Shown in pieces: positions 60,119-64,000 of a stretch of DNA of 64,000 nucleotides. Origin of the DNA: Candidatus Hydrogenedentota bacterium (GTDB lineage Bacteria > Hydrogenedentota > Hydrogenedentia > Hydrogenedentales > SLHB01); NCBI GenBank assembly GCA_045863295.1, contig BTWA01000030.1:1-64000 (forward strand). The letters are read 5' to 3'. Every line of letters starts with the position of its first letter. Within the stretch, counting starts at the first letter, position 1. The position numbers were made by a program, and so were the translations under genes. Below the pieces are notes generated by a model, which saw nothing but the letters and a program-made list of their open reading frames with translations, ran no database searches and was not told the origin of the DNA.

Positions 60119-60439
60119 TTACGCCAACACAGTGTCAATCGCGGCGGACAGATCGGTCTTCGAGGTCACGCCGACGAAGCGCTTCTTCACTTCGCCATCC
60201 TTGATGACCAACAGGGTGGGAATGCTGGACACTTCATACCGCATCGCCAGATCCGCTTCGTAGTCGATGTTGACCTTGGCCACACTGGCCTTGCCCGCGT
60301 AGTCCTTCGCGATCTGATCGAGCGTCGGGTTCATCATCTTGCACGGGCCGCACCACTCCGCCCAAAAATCAACCAGCGTGACGCCGGCGGACACTTTGGA
60401 GTCGAAGGATTCCTTGGTCAATTCTTGCGCTGCACTCAT
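60119..60439 (-). CDS. trxA: Thioredoxin
   Basis: VDFWAEWCGPCK, SSIPTL. Confidence 0.93.
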   Translation of the reverse strand: MSAAQELTKESFDSKVSAGVTLVDFWAEWCGPCKMMNPTLDQIAKDYAGKASVAKVNIDYEADLAMRYEVSSIPTLLVIKDGEVKKRFVGVTSKTDLSAAIDTVLA

Positions 60440-60615
60440 TGCGTTAACCTCCTGAGAATCTCATGATGCGATGGGACCGCACTCGAAACCCAGCGCCCAT
60501 GATAATGAAACATCTAATGATAAGAGTTGCCGCCATCCATTTATTCCCCGGAATTCCGGCTGGCGGGCTGCAAGTATAGCGGTTGTCGTCCGTTTGAGGC
60601 AAATCCCACTTCGGG

Positions 60616-61353
60616 CTATTGATGGAGGATTTCGTTGAGAATCGATTCCCGGTTGTTCAGGAAATTCCGGGTAACCGCATAGTGGTCCTTGTCCTCATAA
60701 GCCACTTCGGTAATTCCCAACTCGTTTAATTGCAGTAGCTTGGCATTAGGATACGCCATCAGCACCGGTGAGTGGGTGGCAATGATGAACTGTGATCCTT
60801 CCCGGACCAGTTCATGGATCCGGCACATCGCCTCCAATTGACGCGTTGGCGACAAGGCGGCCTCGGGTTCGTCGAAGATGTACAAGCCGCGGCCTCTGAG
60901 TTTCTTCTGAAGGGTGGTCATGAACGCTTCGCCGTGAGAACGGTAGTGAATCGAGACGCCATCATAGGCCCCAAGGCTCTTCCAGGCCTCGGGCAAGCTG
61001 TCTATGTAGGAGGAGTAATTGTGAAAGCTTTCCGCTCTCAGAAAAAAATAATCGCGCGGCTGGGCAAAGCTGCGTACGCACTTGAGATATGCATGAAGCC
61101 CGGAAACATCATCCGCGGTGGCAAACCGGGCCGCGCGCGTGCCGCCTTCCGGGCCAAATCCCAGGGCCACTGCTATGGCTTCAATCAGGGTCGACTTACC
61201 GGTGCCGTTCTCGCCAATGAGAAAAGTGACGTCGGGGTGAAACTCGATTTTGGAAAAATTGAGAATGACAGGAAGGTTGAAGGGATACTGATCCTGGCCA
61301 GGTAGTTTGGCCTGCTTTAGTTCGACCGATCGAATGTACGGCTTAGCGTCCAT
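60616..61353 (-). CDS. ABC-type AAA ATPase (soluble, AAA_21-like)
   Basis: GENGTGKST, FFLRAESF, SHGEAF, IFDEPEAALSP, IATHSP. Confidence 0.88.
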   Translation of the reverse strand: MDAKPYIRSVELKQAKLPGQDQYPFNLPVILNFSKIEFHPDVTFLIGENGTGKSTLIEAIAVALGFGPEGGTRAARFATADDVSGLHAYLKCVRSFAQPRDYFFLRAESFHNYSSYIDSLPEAWKSLGAYDGVSIHYRSHGEAFMTTLQKKLRGRGLYIFDEPEAALSPTRQLEAMCRIHELVREGSQFIIATHSPVLMAYPNAKLLQLNELGITEVAYEDKDHYAVTRNFLNNRESILNEILHQ

Positions 61354-61417
61354 GGACGAATCATAGCCAAAACGCGGTTCCAAGCCCAGTGTTTCTGCGC
61401 ACACTCTTTATAAAGGA

Positions 61418-61975
61418 TTGCCATATATGATCTTGCAAGGAAAACTCAGCCGGTTGCGGCCATGGCGGCCTGACGATGCCGACGCCCTGCTGCCTATCGC
61501 CAACAACATCAAAATCGCTCGCAACCTGACGACGCGGTTTCCCCACCCCTACACCGAGGAGGCCGCACATGAATTCTTGGAGCGTACGGCCGATGAAAGC
61601 CAAAAGGGGCTATCGTACTGTATCGAGGTGGGTGGTTGTGTGGCAGGGGGCATGGGGGCCAGGCAGAGTCCCGAAGCCATTTACTTGCACACATTTACGT
61701 GTGGCTACTGGCTGGGAGAGGCCTATTGGGGCCGGGGAATTGCCACCGAAGCATTCGGGATTTTCGTAGCTCATCTTTTTCGCGAGTTTCCTGCACAACG
61801 TGTTGAAGCATCAGTGTTTGGCTGGAATCCTGCGTCGGCGAGGGTGCTGGAAAAAAACGGTTTTGTCCAGGAAGGCCGACGACGCCAGGCGATTTGCCGG
61901 TTTGGCGAGTTTACCGACGAGATTGGGTACGGGCTTTTGAGGGCGGAGTGGGAAAGCCAACGCGGATGGGAGTAG
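61418..61975 (+). CDS. RimJ/RimL-type GNAT (canonical)
   Basis: FPHPYT, GYWLGEAYWGRGIAT, NPASARVLEKNGF. Confidence 0.92.
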   Translation: MPYMILQGKLSRLRPWRPDDADALLPIANNIKIARNLTTRFPHPYTEEAAHEFLERTADESQKGLSYCIEVGGCVAGGMGARQSPEAIYLHTFTCGYWLGEAYWGRGIATEAFGIFVAHLFREFPAQRVEASVFGWNPASARVLEKNGFVQEGRRRQAICRFGEFTDEIGYGLLRAEWESQRGWE

Positions 61976-62013
61976 GGTCATGCCCTAGCCCCAGAAATTG
62001 GTATCCGTCTTGC

Positions 62014-62042
62014 TTGACATGAGCGGATCCGCGTGCTACAGT
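62014..62042 (+). promoter_or_regulatory. sigma70 promoter of rpoB
   Basis: TTGACA-17 nt-TACAGT with extended -10 TG. Confidence 0.7.
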
Positions 62043-62361
62043 TACCGTTTGTGCATACCACCCGAGAAGTGTGATTTCACGGATCAATCGTTGTGATTGG
62101 GCCGGGGGTATGTCCTGCGCGCTTTTACAGACGAGAGGAGCATTGCACTGGGATGGCCACGCCGATGCACAACCTAACACCCAAAGACTCCTCTACTCAA
62201 CCTGACACCGCCCTTGGGCAATCCCGCGCGTGGCCACGACGGGAAGGGGCGGAAAGCTAGGGATCCGGCGGCGTCGACGCCGCCCGCGCATCCAAACTGC
62301 CACGACATAAACGAAGCTGGGTTTTCTTTCGCAACCGAATTCAAATAGAGGGCTGATACGT

Positions 62362-64000
62362 ATGGCTGTCGCTCCCAAGACAGGTCCGATTCGTCCATCG
62401 CTGGGCCGCATACCCGACGAGTACGATTTACCGGACCTCATTGAGATCCAGACGAAGTCCTACTCGGATTTCCTGCAGTGGGACGTTCCACCCGATGAGC
62501 GCAAGCTTCAGGGCTTGCAGGAAGTGTTTCTGGACGTGTTCCCGATCGCCGCGCCGGACGGCATGACGCGTCTGGAGTTCGTGCACTACGCCTTTACTCC
62601 GCCGAAGTACACGGTAGAAGAATGTCAGGAACGCGGCCTCACCTACGCGGCTTCGCTGAAGGCGCTGCTGCGTCTCGTTCGTTTCGAAGAAGTAGGTACA
62701 TCCGGCGAACAGCGCGAGCGGTTGATGGTGGAACAGGAAGTGTTTCTCGGCGAACTGCCCATGATGACCAAGACGGGTACGTTCATCATCAACGGCGCGG
62801 AGCGCGTCATCGTCAGTCAGTTGCACAAGTCGCCGGGCGTGTCATTTGAAACAAAGACGCACCAGAACGGCAAGCTGTTGATGACCGGCCGGATCATTCC
62901 GTACCGCGGTGCCTGGCTCGAATTCGAATACGACGTGAACGACATCCTCTGGCTCACGGTGGATCGCCGCTCGCGCGTTCTGGCGACTACGTTCTTGCGC
63001 GCGTTTGGATTTGAAGACAACGAATCCATTCTTCGCCTTTTCTACGGCATGGAAGAAGTGACGGTGGGCCGGTCCAAATTCAAGATCGGATCGAAGTCCT
63101 TCGAGGCCGAACAGTTTGTGGGCCGCGTGGTGGGCGCCGACGTGGTCGATCCCGAAACCGGCGAAATCCTGGCGGACGCCGCAGAAGACCTGTCCGAACT
63201 GATGGTCAACCGTATCATGCACTCGCACGTGAAGACCTTTCACGTGCTGGGCGAGAAAGATTTGGTACGGGATTCGTCATTGGCGAATACACTGGCCCTC
63301 GATCACACGCAATCGCAAGACGATGCGTACCGCGAAATTTATTCGCGCATCCGTCCCGGCGATCCGGCCACGGACTCCACGTGCCGATCCTTTTTTCAGA
63401 AGCTGTTCTTTGACGCGTCGCGATATGACTTCGCGCCGGTGGGCCGCTATAAAATCAACCGGAAGCTGGGCCTTCAGATCCCGCAGGATGTCAAGACCCT
63501 GACGAAGGAAGATGTGGTTGCCACCCTGCAATACCTTGTGAAGCTGCGCGGCGGCGAAGGCGTGCACGACGACATCGACCACCTCGGCAACCGCCGGGTG
63601 CGCGCGGTGGGTGAATTGTTGGCGAATCAGGTTCGCATCGGACTTGTGCGCATGGAACGCACCGTGCGCGAGCGGATGAACTTCCAGGACGAAGAACAAC
63701 TGACACCTCAGACGCTGGTAAATCCGAAACCGGTCAGCGCGGTGATCAAGGATTTCTTCGGCCGCAGTCAATTGTCCCACTTCATGGACCAAATCAATCC
63801 GCTCGCCGAGCTGACTCACAAGCGCCGGCTGAGCGCGCTGGGGCCCGGCGGATTGAGCCGCGATCGCGCAGGATTCGAAGTGCGCGACGTTCATCCGACG
63901 CACTATGGCCGGATCTGCCCGATTGAAACGCCCGAAGGCCCGAACATCGGCTTGATGGCGTCGCTGGCAACCTATGCCCGAATCAACGAATACGGGTTTC
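62362..64000 (+). CDS. rpoB: RNA polymerase beta subunit (5' part, runs off window)
   Basis: Manual translation [84 protein letters not shown]. Confidence 0.98.
   Translation, partial: MAVAPKTGPIRPSLGRIPDEYDLPDLIEIQTKSYSDFLQWDVPPDERKLQGLQEVFLDVFPIAAPDGMTRLEFVHYAFTPPKYTVEECQERGLTYAASLKALLRLVRFEEVGTSGEQRERLMVEQEVFLGELPMMTKTGTFIINGAERVIVSQLHKSPGVSFETKTHQNGKLLMTGRIIPYRGAWLEFEYDVNDILWLTVDRRSRVLATTFLRAFGFEDNESILRLFYGMEEVTVGRSKFKIGSKSFEAEQFVGRVVGADVVDPETGEILADAAEDLSELMVNRIMHSHVKTFHVLGEKDLVRDSSLANTLALDHTQSQDDAYREIYSRIRPGDPATDSTCRSFFQKLFFDASRYDFAPVGRYKINRKLGLQIPQDVKTLTKEDVVATLQYLVKLRGGEGVHDDIDHLGNRRVRAVGELLANQVRIGLVRMERTVRERMNFQDEEQLTPQTLVNPKPVSAVIKDFFGRSQLSHFMDQINPLAELTHKRRLSALGPGGLSRDRAGFEVRDVHPTHYGRICPIETPEGPNIGLMASLATYARINEYGF

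Noticed and set aside
60616..61353. Anti-phage ATPase
   Set aside because: Matches a widespread stand-alone ABC-type ATPase pattern, with no partner nuclease nearby.
1..64000. CRISPR array, rRNA or IS transposase
   Set aside because: No regularly spaced repeats, rRNA-like sequence or transposase motifs seen.

Overview
GC-rich bacterial chromosomal segment. The gene style (DUF1559-like, carboxypeptidase-regulatory-repeat and secreted hydrolase genes) suggests Candidatus Hydrogenedentota or a Planctomycetota-like lineage, which is inference only. Most of the window is housekeeping: groEL with a CIRCE operator, clpS-clpA-aat, typA, a PilT-family ATPase, folD, tRNA-Glu, gltBD, icd, asd, trxA and the 5' part of rpoB. 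The standout is a minus-strand locus at about 36.4-43.9 kb that looks like an undescribed RiPP-type peptide maturation/export system. It has a sigma70 promoter, three small peptides with a shared M-K/R-H-V/L...E/Q-A leader and a late Lys-Asn motif (one of 45 aa is missing from the ORF track), and a strong terminator. Then come three RimJ/RimL-type GNATs with degenerate CoA-binding motifs, a CPBP intramembrane protease, an ABC exporter, and an RRE + catalytically dead radical-SAM/SPASM + GNAT fusion that keeps only the AuxII cysteines. Other oddities are a four-gene array of divergent membrane paralogues next to tRNA-Glu, a BlaR1-like M56-CARDB-Skp fusion with twin BlaI operators, an anti-sigma/DUF1559 fusion, and an apparently leaderless higBA module between REP-like hairpins. 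All family calls come from motif recognition by eye; no searches were run.
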